Shown here: positions 19,114-27,373 of the stretch, piece after piece | Layout: each line of letters starts with the position of its first letter | Position numbering within the stretch: the first letter of the stretch is position 1 | NCBI GenBank assembly: GCA_030693825.1 | Contig: JAUXZV010000023.1 | Location: 102,984-139,345 of the forward strand | Length of the DNA stretch: 36,362 bases | Reading direction: 5' to 3' | DNA from: Myxococcales bacterium | GTDB lineage: Bacteria > Myxococcota > Myxococcia > Myxococcales > Myxococcaceae | Program-made: the position numbers and the translations under genes | Notes under the pieces: model-generated | What the model was told of the DNA's origin: nothing | Seen by the model: only the letters and a program-made list of their open reading frames with translations | Databases searched by the model: none

Positions 19114-19230
19114 GTCACGCGCTCGATGGAGAAGGGCGGTGGCGTGTATTCAGCGAGGCGAATCGTCTTTGGGGGTAGCGTCTCTCGGAATGGGTCGCGG
19201 TCGACCAGCTTCGGCGTGGGTGGTGCTGGC
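19114..19230 (-). pseudogene. Direct repeat copy B: a degenerate duplicate of the pepN 5' end (start region plus first ~25 codons), on the minus strand
   Basis: Minus-strand translation gives ...AEAGRPRPIPRDATPKDDSPR* versus the intact pepN ...AEAGRPRAMPRDATPKTIRLAEY. The start codon has mutated (CAT to AAT on the plus strand) and a frameshift follows. About 86% nucleotide identity to 12625-12740. Confidence 0.7.
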
Positions 19231-19579
19231 GCTGCTGCTGCCTGCCTGTTCGCGCGTGACGCCGTGCGAGCCGTGGAAGGGCTGGGAGCTGACAGCGCTG
19301 AGTGATGCGCCCGGCGAGCGCCTCGAGGTCTGCACCGAGGCGATGCTCCGTTGGCGCGTCATGCCCGGCGGCACGCCAGAGGCGTGGCTCCGTCAGCTCG
19401 AAGCCATGAAGCCCGATGGCCACTGGCGCGCGTGGCAGCGCCGCGCGCTCGTTCGCAGCGGCACCATCGGCGTCAGCCTCGACGTGCGCTCCGACGGAGA
19501 CGATCTCGTCATCACGCTCCGTCCCGACCGGCGCATCGACGTCGCCGCGGCGCTCCGCGAGCTCGAGCTGCAGCGGTAG
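19190..19579 (+). CDS. Small putative lipoprotein (129 aa) whose start and signal peptide lie inside repeat copy B
   Basis: MGRGRPASAWVVLALLLPACS lipobox. GC3 is high throughout. The ATG at 19190 is the plus-strand ATG that overlaps the former pepN start position. Confidence 0.45.
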   Translation: MGRGRPASAWVVLALLLPACSRVTPCEPWKGWELTALSDAPGERLEVCTEAMLRWRVMPGGTPEAWLRQLEAMKPDGHWRAWQRRALVRSGTIGVSLDVRSDGDDLVITLRPDRRIDVAAALRELELQR

Positions 19580-19596
19580 CCCTCACTCCGAGCGAG

Positions 19597-21234
19597 TCAC
19601 CACGGCAACAGCGGCTTGTTCGCGTCCGTCGCTCCCACCGGGCTCGACGCGACGTCGGTGCTCGCCTGCGCCATCGCGTGCTCCGCCGCCCGGCGCGCGA
19701 GCTCGGGCCACTCGGCCGCTGCACGCTTCACCGACGCGACCAGCTCCTTCTGCCCACTCGGGTACGCCGCGCCAGGCCCGCTCACCGCGAGGAAGCCATC
19801 CAACGCCTCACGGGCCGAGCGCGTGCGATTCGCCAGGTCACGCTCGAGCAGCTTCATCACCACGGTGTCGAGCGCCTCAGGGACCTCGGGTCGCAGCGCT
19901 GACGGCCGGGGAATCGGCATCGAGAAGACCGCGTGCAGCGACACCGGGTCGTCTCCCGTGGGGAAGAGGCGGGCCCCCGTCAACGCCTCGTGCAGCGTCA
20001 CGCCGAGCGCGAAGAGGTCGACGCGCCCATCGATGGGCTCACCGGCCGCCTGCTCCGGAGCGAGGTAGCCCGGCTTGCCCTTCACGATGCCGACCTGCGT
20101 GTGGTCGGCGCGGGTGGCCGCGCGCGCGATGCCGAAGTCGGCCACCTTCACCTCACCCAGCACCGACAAGAGAACGTTCGGTGGGTTCAGGTCGCGGTGA
20201 ATGAGGTTCATCGGCCGGCCATCGGGGCCGACACGCCGATGCACGTAGTCGAGCGCCTGGCACAGCTCGATGGCCAGAGTCGTCACCGCCGACAGCGGCA
20301 GGCCGACACCCTGGTACACGTCGAGCACGCGCTTGAGCGAGAGCCCGTCGACGTACTCCATGGCGAGGAAGAACGAGTCGCTGTGCCGGCCGAAGTCGAG
20401 CACCTGCACGATGTTCGGGTGATTGAGCCGGCTGCACAGCTCGGCCTCGAGACGGAACAAGCGCAGGAACTCGGCGTTCGCGCCCAGCGACGGCAGAATC
20501 TTCTTCAGCGCCACCGTCTTCTCGAAGCCGCCCTCGGGGCTGTACGTCGCCCTGAAGACCTCGGCCATGCCGCCCGAGCCCACGCGCTCGTGCAGCAGGT
20601 ACTTGCCCATCACGTCCTTCAAGCGCACCGCGGTCAGCGCCTCGGCCGCGCGCCGGTTGAAGTGCCCGACGAAGACGGCTGTCACGATGCCCGATGAGAA
20701 GAGGAGCAGGACCCGCACCGCGAAGAGGCCGGGCTGGAGCGTCACCAGCGCCTCGGGCGAGAGCCGGGGCCACGCCACGAGGAGATAGAGCAACGCATAC
20801 TCGACCGCCGCGATGGTGCCAGCGCCGATGGAGAGCGCGCGGCTGCCGCGAAACCCCGACAGCGCGACGAGCGTCGCCCACATCACGAGCGGCGGCGCGG
20901 TCAGCGCGTACTCGACGCTGTAGAGCTGGCTGTCGGCGAGGAAGAGAATCGACGGCGCCGAGACCTCGACGGCCACGTTCACCCAGCGCAGCTCGGGCCG
21001 GTACCAGCCGCGGCGCAGCGCGCGGTCCTGGATGAAGAAGTACACCGCGAGGACCGAAAGCACGACGCCCAGCACCACGCCGAGCGTCCAGCCGATGAGG
21101 GGCCCGAGCAGGAACGCAGCGACGGCCGACAGACTGCTCGCGACCGTCATGAAGCGTGCGACCGACGCCTCGCGCTGGGGCGCGTCGCGCATCAGGTGTT
21201 CTTCGAGCGCGCGCTGACCCGCTGAGGCTTGCAC
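19597..21234 (-). CDS. Membrane-anchored Ser/Thr protein kinase with a polytopic N-terminal domain
   Basis: GSGGMAEVF...VALKKI, HRDLNPPN, VADFGIA and YLAPEQ kinase subdomains. About 200 aa upstream of the kinase domain carry ~6 hydrophobic helices. Alternative start at 21192. Confidence 0.8.
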   Translation of the reverse strand: MQASAGQRALEEHLMRDAPQREASVARFMTVASSLSAVAAFLLGPLIGWTLGVVLGVVLSVLAVYFFIQDRALRRGWYRPELRWVNVAVEVSAPSILFLADSQLYSVEYALTAPPLVMWATLVALSGFRGSRALSIGAGTIAAVEYALLYLLVAWPRLSPEALVTLQPGLFAVRVLLLFSSGIVTAVFVGHFNRRAAEALTAVRLKDVMGKYLLHERVGSGGMAEVFRATYSPEGGFEKTVALKKILPSLGANAEFLRLFRLEAELCSRLNHPNIVQVLDFGRHSDSFFLAMEYVDGLSLKRVLDVYQGVGLPLSAVTTLAIELCQALDYVHRRVGPDGRPMNLIHRDLNPPNVLLSVLGEVKVADFGIARAATRADHTQVGIVKGKPGYLAPEQAAGEPIDGRVDLFALGVTLHEALTGARLFPTGDDPVSLHAVFSMPIPRPSALRPEVPEALDTVVMKLLERDLANRTRSAREALDGFLAVSGPGAAYPSGQKELVASVKRAAAEWPELARRAAEHAMAQASTDVASSPVGATDANKPLLPW

Positions 21235-21576
21235 AGTGCGCAGCCTACGGGAGACAGGGCATGTAGGATTTGTAGGTTTGACGGATCCAGCGACGGCGTC
21301 AGTGCTTCGTCGGCTCGGACGGCGGAGGGGCTCGCGGCACCGTCACTGCGAGCAGCACCGTCGCGTAGGGCGCGCCCGCGACCGTCACGCGCTTCACCTG
21401 CGCAACCGCTCCGCTGTCGAGCTTCACCAGTTCTCCGTCGGTCATGGCGAGAAAAGTACCAAAGCCCGAAAGCCCTCGGCAGCGCCCCTGTGAAAATCGG
21501 TAAATCAACGTCTCTGTCAAGGCGTTTACATAGATTCTTGTCTGCAAGAGCCCTGATTTATTGATTTTTATAGATG

Positions 21577-21598
21577 TCCTTCACAGCGCAGTGAAGGA
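21577..21598. promoter_or_regulatory. Perfect inverted repeat TCCTTCAC-agcgca-GTGAAGGA in a low-GC intergenic region
   Basis: 8-bp stem with a 6-nt loop. It lies 54 nt downstream of the stop of the 21652-22239 gene on the minus strand, but no U-tract follows on that strand. It could be a terminator or a regulator binding site for the kinase promoter region. Confidence 0.3.
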
Positions 21599-21651
21599 GT
21601 TGACCGTCTCCGAACGTCAATCGTTGCGCCGTATCAAGGCTCACGTGTGAA

Positions 21652-22239
21652 TCACTCGGCCAGCACGCGCTCCCTCAGCGTCGGCGCCACGAGCCCATCG
21701 GAGCGTTCCCTCGGATTCTCGAGCTTCGACGGGTTGACCCCGATCGCGCCGGTCTTCGTGAGCGCGGTCGGCATTCCGCCATCGGAGTCGATTCGCTCCC
21801 AGGCCGCGTAGACACCGCGTCTGCACAGATGGTTGGTCGGGTTTTCGTCGACGCAGCGCTGAAACACCTCGGCTGCCTTGCGCCACTCGTGCGGCCCGGT
21901 GGTCTCGCTCAACACCAGCTTCACGGCGTACTTCAGCTCGGGCGAGTCGGCGCTCTCGAACGGTGACGGCGCGAACTCGACGGTGGGGCCCGGCTTCGCG
22001 GCCGCGACGCCAGCGTCACTCCCTGCCTCGACGACAGCCGCGGTCGGGGCGCCCATCGCCGGCTGGGTAGGCGCGGCCACCGTTCCCGTCATGGCGGCAG
22101 GTGGAGCGCCGACCTCCGCGACCGGCGCTGGCGACGTCGCCGACGGAGCGGAGTCGTCGTCGCCCAGAATGAGAAAGAGTCCCAGGGCGATCATCACCAC
22201 CGCGACCGCGGCGAGCGCCAGACGCTGCGTGTTCGTCAC
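21652..22239 (-). CDS. Membrane-anchored hypothetical protein (N-terminal TM, Pro/Ala-rich linker, C-terminal globular domain)
   Basis: GTG start at 22237-22239 with AGGAGG 6 nt upstream. Its start overlaps the upstream stop (GTGA). No family recognised. Confidence 0.6.
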   Translation of the reverse strand: MTNTQRLALAAVAVVMIALGLFLILGDDDSAPSATSPAPVAEVGAPPAAMTGTVAAPTQPAMGAPTAAVVEAGSDAGVAAAKPGPTVEFAPSPFESADSPELKYAVKLVLSETTGPHEWRKAAEVFQRCVDENPTNHLCRRGVYAAWERIDSDGGMPTALTKTGAIGVNPSKLENPRERSDGLVAPTLRERVLAE

Positions 22240-23147
22240 GGCGTGCCTCCTGCCTTTTCGCCGATGCGCTGGCCACAGAGCTCCTCGAACACGGTCACCA
22301 CGGCCCCGATGTCCTGCTCGCCTTTCCCTGCGGCGCGCGCGACCGCGTAGGTCTCCTTCATCGCCGCCGCGGCGGGCATCGGCACCTTGTGCACGGCCGC
22401 GTTGTCGATGAGCAGGCTCAGGTCCTTGTGCATGAGGTCGATGGAGAAGTGCGTCGAGAAGTCCCGCTCGAGCAGCGCCTTGCCCTTGAAGTCGAAGTAC
22501 GGCGAGCGGAAGCCCGACGCCTGTACGACCTCGATGAAGCGGCGCGGGTCGACGCCGGCCTTCGTAGTGAGGAGCAGGCCCTCGGAGAACGACTGCAGCA
22601 TCGCCGCGATGAGGCCGTTGCCCGCGAGCTTCACCTGGGTGCCGGCACCGAGCGCGCCGCAGTGCACGACCTTCTCGCCCACCGCCTGGAAGACGGGCTG
22701 CGCGCGCGCCATCGCCGCGTCGGAGCCTCCCGTCATGATGACCAGCGTGCCCTTCTCGGCGCCGTTCTTCGAGCCCGTCACCGGCGCGTCGATGACGTCG
22801 ACGCCCTTCGCCCCGAACGCCGCGCCCAGCTCGTGCACCAGCGCGACCGAGACGGTGGAGAAGTCGATGAAGAGCTGGCCGGGCTTCGCGGCCGACAGCA
22901 GCCCGTTCGCGCCCATCGCCACCTCACGCAGCGCCGCCACGTCGGCCACGCAGGTGCAGAACGCGTCGACCCGCGCCGCCACCTCGGCAGGCGTGCTGGC
23001 GACGTGAAGACCGTCGGCCTCGAGCTCCTTCGCGCGCGCGGGCGTCCGGTTCCACACCGTCACCTCGAAGCCCTTCTTCTTCAGGTTCTTCGCCATTCGG
23101 GCGCCCATCAGGCCCAGGCCGAGGAAGCCCACGTGTCGGATGCTCAT
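22236..23147 (-). CDS. NAD(P)-dependent oxidoreductase of the 3-hydroxyisobutyrate dehydrogenase (HIBADH / beta-hydroxyacid dehydrogenase) family
   Basis: N-terminal Rossmann motif HVGFLGLGLMG. 6-phosphogluconate-dehydrogenase-like C-terminal half. ATG at 23147 with GGAG 6 nt upstream. Confidence 0.8.
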   Translation of the reverse strand: MSIRHVGFLGLGLMGARMAKNLKKKGFEVTVWNRTPARAKELEADGLHVASTPAEVAARVDAFCTCVADVAALREVAMGANGLLSAAKPGQLFIDFSTVSVALVHELGAAFGAKGVDVIDAPVTGSKNGAEKGTLVIMTGGSDAAMARAQPVFQAVGEKVVHCGALGAGTQVKLAGNGLIAAMLQSFSEGLLLTTKAGVDPRRFIEVVQASGFRSPYFDFKGKALLERDFSTHFSIDLMHKDLSLLIDNAAVHKVPMPAAAAMKETYAVARAAGKGEQDIGAVVTVFEELCGQRIGEKAGGTP

Positions 23148-23188
23148 GAATTGCTCCATCGGCGGGCGTAGAGTGCCCGCGTTCAGTC

Positions 23189-23398
23189 ATGCGCCTACCA
23201 CTGCTCTTCCGCCGCGAGAACTCCACCACTGCCCGGGCCGAGCGACAGGCCCGCCTCGAGCGCGCCGTCACCGATGGCCTGCGCCGGTTCGCCGACGTGT
23301 TGAAGCAGGCCGCCGACCTCATCGAGAAGCAGCGGCTGGCGCGCCAGGGCTACGACACGAAGAAGGACTACCTTCAGCGCACCGACGAGAAGCCCTGA
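23189..23398 (+). CDS. Small hypothetical protein (69 aa)
   Basis: High GC3. Its stop is 6 nt before the acyltransferase GTG start, suggesting coupling. No RBS seen. Confidence 0.3.
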   Translation: MRLPLLFRRENSTTARAERQARLERAVTDGLRRFADVLKQAADLIEKQRLARQGYDTKKDYLQRTDEKP

Positions 23399-23404
23399 CG
23401 ACGC

Positions 23405-24727
23405 GTGTTCTACCGAGCCTTCCGTCTGGTGGTGTCGCTGCTCTTGCGGAACTTCTTCCGCCTGGAGCCCGTCGTCGACCCGGCGCGCGCGCTCTCGGCC
23501 GAGGGGCCCGTCATCTTCGTGGGCAACCACCCCAACGGCCTCGTCGACCCCGGCCTGCTCTTCGTGCTCGTCGACCGCCACGTCACCTTCCTCGCGAAGG
23601 CGCCGCTCTTCCGCCTCCCGGTGCTGGGGTGGATTCTCAAAGGGCTCGACGCGCTGCCGGTGTTTCGCAAGCAGGACGGCGGCGGCGACACCTCGAAGAA
23701 CGACTCCACGCTGACGGCGAGCGTCGACGCGCTGGTGCGCGGCCGGGCCATCACGCTCTTCCCCGAGGGCAAGAGCCACTCGGAGCCCCAGCTGGCAGAC
23801 CTGAAGACCGGCTGCGCGCGCATCGCCCTCGACGCCGTCGCGAAGGGCGCGAAGGTGCGCATCGTGCCCATCGGCATCACCTACGCCGAGAAGAACCGCT
23901 TCAAGAGCCTGGTGCACGTCGAGGTCGGCGCCACGCTCGAGGTGACGTCGTTCTCGAAGGGGCAGGGGGCTGCTGACGCCGAGGCCGTGCGTCGCCTCAC
24001 CAACGCCATCGCCGCGTCGCTCTCGTCCATCACGCTCAACCTCGAGCAGTGGGAAGACCTGCCGCTCGTCGAGACCGCCGAGGCCCTGTACGCGCTCGAC
24101 AAAGGCGACCGCGCCGGCGACGTCGAGCGACAGAAGGCCTTCGCGCGCGGGCTCTCGCTGCTGCGGGCCGAGCAGCCGGAGCGCTTCGACGCGCTCAAGG
24201 CCGAGGTGACGAGCTTCCGCCGGCGCCTCGACCTCGTGCAGGTGCGCCCCGAGGAGCTGACGTTTCTGTACCGCCCGGCCACCGTCGCGCGCTTCGTCTT
24301 TCGCAACCTCGTCTGGCTGTTCGGCCTGCCTCTCTTCCTCGCCGGCATGGTCGTCTTCTTCGTGCCGTATTGGATTCCCATCTCTCTCGTGGTGGCGACG
24401 AAGCCCGAGAAGGATACCGAGTCGACGGTGAAGGTGCTGACGCTGCTGTTGCTCGCGCCTTTCTGGTGGGCGCTGCTGGTGGGCCTGGCGTGGTGGTGGG
24501 GAGGCTCCATCGCGGGGCTCGTCACGCTTGGCGCGGTGCCGGCCCTCGCGCTCTTCACGCGCTGGTACCTCGAGCGGCGCGCCGCGGCGTTCCGCGATGC
24601 GCGGGTGTTCTTCCTCTTCTTCTCGAGGCGACGGCTCAAGGCGCGGCTGCTGGCCGAAGGCGCGACGCTGGCGAAGCAGGTCGACGCGGTGGCGGAAGAG
24701 CTCCGCCCACGCGTCACTGGCAGTTGA
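23405..24727 (+). CDS. Lysophospholipid / glycerol-phosphate acyltransferase family protein (PlsC-like) with a C-terminal membrane extension
   Basis: Motif I VGNHPNGLVDP and motif III ITLFPEGKSH. The C-terminal ~150 aa contain 3-4 TM helices. GTG start at 23405. Confidence 0.7.
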   Translation: MFYRAFRLVVSLLLRNFFRLEPVVDPARALSAEGPVIFVGNHPNGLVDPGLLFVLVDRHVTFLAKAPLFRLPVLGWILKGLDALPVFRKQDGGGDTSKNDSTLTASVDALVRGRAITLFPEGKSHSEPQLADLKTGCARIALDAVAKGAKVRIVPIGITYAEKNRFKSLVHVEVGATLEVTSFSKGQGAADAEAVRRLTNAIAASLSSITLNLEQWEDLPLVETAEALYALDKGDRAGDVERQKAFARGLSLLRAEQPERFDALKAEVTSFRRRLDLVQVRPEELTFLYRPATVARFVFRNLVWLFGLPLFLAGMVVFFVPYWIPISLVVATKPEKDTESTVKVLTLLLLAPFWWALLVGLAWWWGGSIAGLVTLGAVPALALFTRWYLERRAAAFRDARVFFLFFSRRRLKARLLAEGATLAKQVDAVAEELRPRVTGS

Positions 24728-26419
24728 TCAGAGCCCGCCGAGCCCGGTGCAGTTCTGCGCCGTCAAAGGCGAGCTACTCGTGACGCAGCACTGGCCGTAC
24801 GTCGTGTTGCACTGGGTGGCGCCGGTCACGTTCGCGCAGTCCGAGTTGGTCGCGCACGCCTGCCGCCACACCATGCCGCCCTTGAGGCCGGCGTCGGGGA
24901 AGTAGACGGGCGTGCACCGGTAGCCCGTGCGCGGCGAGCTGCCGAGCGACAGGCAGGCCTGCCCACACCAGAAGTCCGAGCCGCCGTCAGCGCGGGTGCG
25001 GAGCAGCACCTCCATACCGTTGGCCTGCACGCAGTACGAGTCGGGCGCGAAGCCCGTGTAGGCGAAGCACTGGCCGCCGGGGAAACCCATGAACGGAAGC
25101 TCGGTGCCACCGAAGCAGACGCCCAGCGCCGGGTCCGGTGGGTTCGAGCAGCCTGCGTTGTTGGTGCACGTACCGCCGAGGTTCGTCGGCAGGCCACCGC
25201 CGGTGAAGGTCGCGTTGGTGCTGTTGAGGTTGAGCCAGCAGCCACCCGCCGACGTCGCAGCAGTGGCGTCGGAGATATCGGTGCACTCCAGCCCCGACGA
25301 GCACTGTCCCAACATCGTGCACCCGTTCACGCAGTAGCGGCCGGTCTCGTTGTACAGCGCGAGCGTCGAGCTGGTGCCACCGGCGCAGGTGTTGCCCGCG
25401 CCGCAGTTCGACTCACCGCTCGAGCTGCAGGGAAGGGTACAGAACCCCTGCGGGAAGAATGACGGCGCGAAGCCTGGCGTCGGGTTCGTCTGCGTCTTGC
25501 AAATCGCGGTGGAGCCAAGGCTGGCAGTGCACTGCGACGCGTTGGTGCAGGGTGCGCCGATGCCGCTGATGGGAGCGCCACCGCCGCTGCCGCCACCCGT
25601 CGCGCTGCCACCACCTGCGCTCCCGCCACCTGCTGCCGACCCCGTGCAGACGCCGTTGGTGCAGGCCGTGAAGCCGTTGCGCACGCAGTTCTGACAGAAG
25701 CTGCCGTTGGTGCCGCAGGTGGTGACGCTGATGTTCGCGAGGGGCACGCAGGCCAGCGTGCCGCCGGTCTGCGCGAGGCAGGTCGTGCACGCCGGGGCTC
25801 CACCGCCGCTACCGCCGCCCGCGCCGCCACCACCGGAACTGCCGGAGCACATGCCGAACGCGTTGCACACCGCGCCACCGCTGCACACGCTGCACTGATT
25901 TCCGGCGCGCCCGCACGCCAGGGCCGCGTTACCGTTCTGGCAGACGTTGTTGAGGCAGCAGCCCAGACAGTTCGCGGGTGAGCAGTTCGCCGTGCCGCCG
26001 CCGGTCGCGACGCCACCACCCGTCACCGTGCCGCCACCCGTCGCGAGTCCTCCGCCAGTCGCGAACCCACCACCGGTCGCCACTCCACCACCCGTCGAGA
26101 GCCCGCCGCCGGTCGCGAAGCCGCCGCCTGCACTGCCGCCGCCCGTCGTCGCGAAGCCGCCGCCAGCGTTGTTGCCACCCGAGCCGCCCGTGCAGACGCC
26201 GCCGAAGCTGCAGGCCTGCCCGAGGCTACACGACGTACAGGCTGCGCCCTTCGAGCCACACACGCTGTTCTGGTTGCCGAGCTGGCAGCGGTTGCTCGAG
26301 TCACAGCAGCCCGTGCAGGTCGTCGGGGTGCACTGCTGCGGGCCGCACGAGGCGCTCATCGACAGCAGCGCTCCGCAGATGAACCCCGTCATCACCCAAC
26401 GCGTCATCGTCATGGACAT
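24728..26419 (-). CDS. Secreted Cys-rich repeat protein with an internal GGGxAT repeat array
   Basis: ATG at 26419 with GGGAG 10 nt upstream. Signal peptide MSMTMTRWVMTGFICGALLSMSASC. At least 3 repeats of a ~48-aa module with 9 conserved Cys (C-x3-C-xGCC-...-CG-x4-C-x2-C...). An 8-copy GGG(F/L/V/T)(A/S/V)T array spans plus ~25995-26140. Confidence 0.7.
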   Translation of the reverse strand: MSMTMTRWVMTGFICGALLSMSASCGPQQCTPTTCTGCCDSSNRCQLGNQNSVCGSKGAACTSCSLGQACSFGGVCTGGSGGNNAGGGFATTGGGSAGGGFATGGGLSTGGGVATGGGFATGGGLATGGGTVTGGGVATGGGTANCSPANCLGCCLNNVCQNGNAALACGRAGNQCSVCSGGAVCNAFGMCSGSSGGGGAGGGSGGGAPACTTCLAQTGGTLACVPLANISVTTCGTNGSFCQNCVRNGFTACTNGVCTGSAAGGGSAGGGSATGGGSGGGAPISGIGAPCTNASQCTASLGSTAICKTQTNPTPGFAPSFFPQGFCTLPCSSSGESNCGAGNTCAGGTSSTLALYNETGRYCVNGCTMLGQCSSGLECTDISDATAATSAGGCWLNLNSTNATFTGGGLPTNLGGTCTNNAGCSNPPDPALGVCFGGTELPFMGFPGGQCFAYTGFAPDSYCVQANGMEVLLRTRADGGSDFWCGQACLSLGSSPRTGYRCTPVYFPDAGLKGGMVWRQACATNSDCANVTGATQCNTTYGQCCVTSSSPLTAQNCTGLGGL

Positions 26420-26593
26420 GGTGTTGCTGCTCCCGATGAAGCGCCCCGCCGGCCACGGAGAGAGCGCCTCTGAAGCAACCCTGTACCCGAAACACGGGGC
26501 TTGCTTCAAATCTTCGACCCGCACGCGTCACCGCCCTGCGTCGGACGTCTGGTGGATGGTGGGTTCGCAGTGGTCGGGTAGAACCACCTCGCG

Positions 26594-27373
26594 ATGACGA
26601 CGGCGGCGGTGGAAGCGAAGGGGCTCACCAAGCGGTTCGGCGACTTCACGGCCGTCAACGCGCTCGACATGACGATTCCCCGCGGCAGCTTCTACGCGTT
26701 CCTCGGGCCCAACGGCGCCGGCAAGTCGACGACCATCTCGCTGCTGACGGGCATCTATGCGCCCGATGGCGGCTCGTTGTCGTTGCTGGGCATCGACGCG
26801 GTGAAGGACCCGCTCGCGGTGAAGTCGCGCGTCGGCGTGGTGCCCGAGGAGCTCTCGTTGTTCGAGCGCCTCACCGGCCGGCAGTACCTGACGTTCTGCG
26901 GCCGCATGCACGGCCTTCTGGGTGACGAGTCCGAGCGGCGCGCGGACGAACTGCTGACGCTCACCGAGCTCTCGTACAAGGGTGGCGCGCTGGTGGCGGA
27001 GTACTCCAAGGGCATGCGCCGCCGGCTCGCCATCGCCGCTGCGCTCGTGCACGCGCCCGACCTGGTCTTCCTCGACGAGCCGTTCGAGGGCATCGACGTC
27101 ATCGCCGCTGGTGTCATTCGCGAGCTGTTGTCGGAGCTGTCGCGCCGCGGCGTCACCCTGCTGCTCACGACGCACGTGCTCGAGATCGCCGATCGCCTCG
27201 CCACCCACGCCGGCATCATTCGCGCTGGAAAGCTGGTGGACGAAGGGCCGGTGGCCGAGCTCGTCGCCCGGCACGAGGTGAAGTCGCTCGAGCAGGTGTT
27301 CGAGAAGCTCATCGGGGTGCCGGTGGCGCGAGACGCGAAGCTGTCGTTCTACGGAGCGGCGCGTGCAGGCTGA
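26594..27373 (+). CDS. ABC transporter ATP-binding protein (ABC-2 type)
   Basis: Walker A GPNGAGKSTT, signature YSKGMRRRL, Walker B LVFLDEPFEGID. Confidence 0.85.
   Translation: MTTAAVEAKGLTKRFGDFTAVNALDMTIPRGSFYAFLGPNGAGKSTTISLLTGIYAPDGGSLSLLGIDAVKDPLAVKSRVGVVPEELSLFERLTGRQYLTFCGRMHGLLGDESERRADELLTLTELSYKGGALVAEYSKGMRRRLAIAAALVHAPDLVFLDEPFEGIDVIAAGVIRELLSELSRRGVTLLLTTHVLEIADRLATHAGIIRAGKLVDEGPVAELVARHEVKSLEQVFEKLIGVPVARDAKLSFYGAARAG

Noticed and set aside
24728-24800. Possible MYXO-CTERM sorting signal at the C-terminus of the Cys-rich protein
   Set aside because: The C-terminus (...NCTGLGGL) lacks the hydrophobic TM segment and basic tail of MYXO-CTERM.
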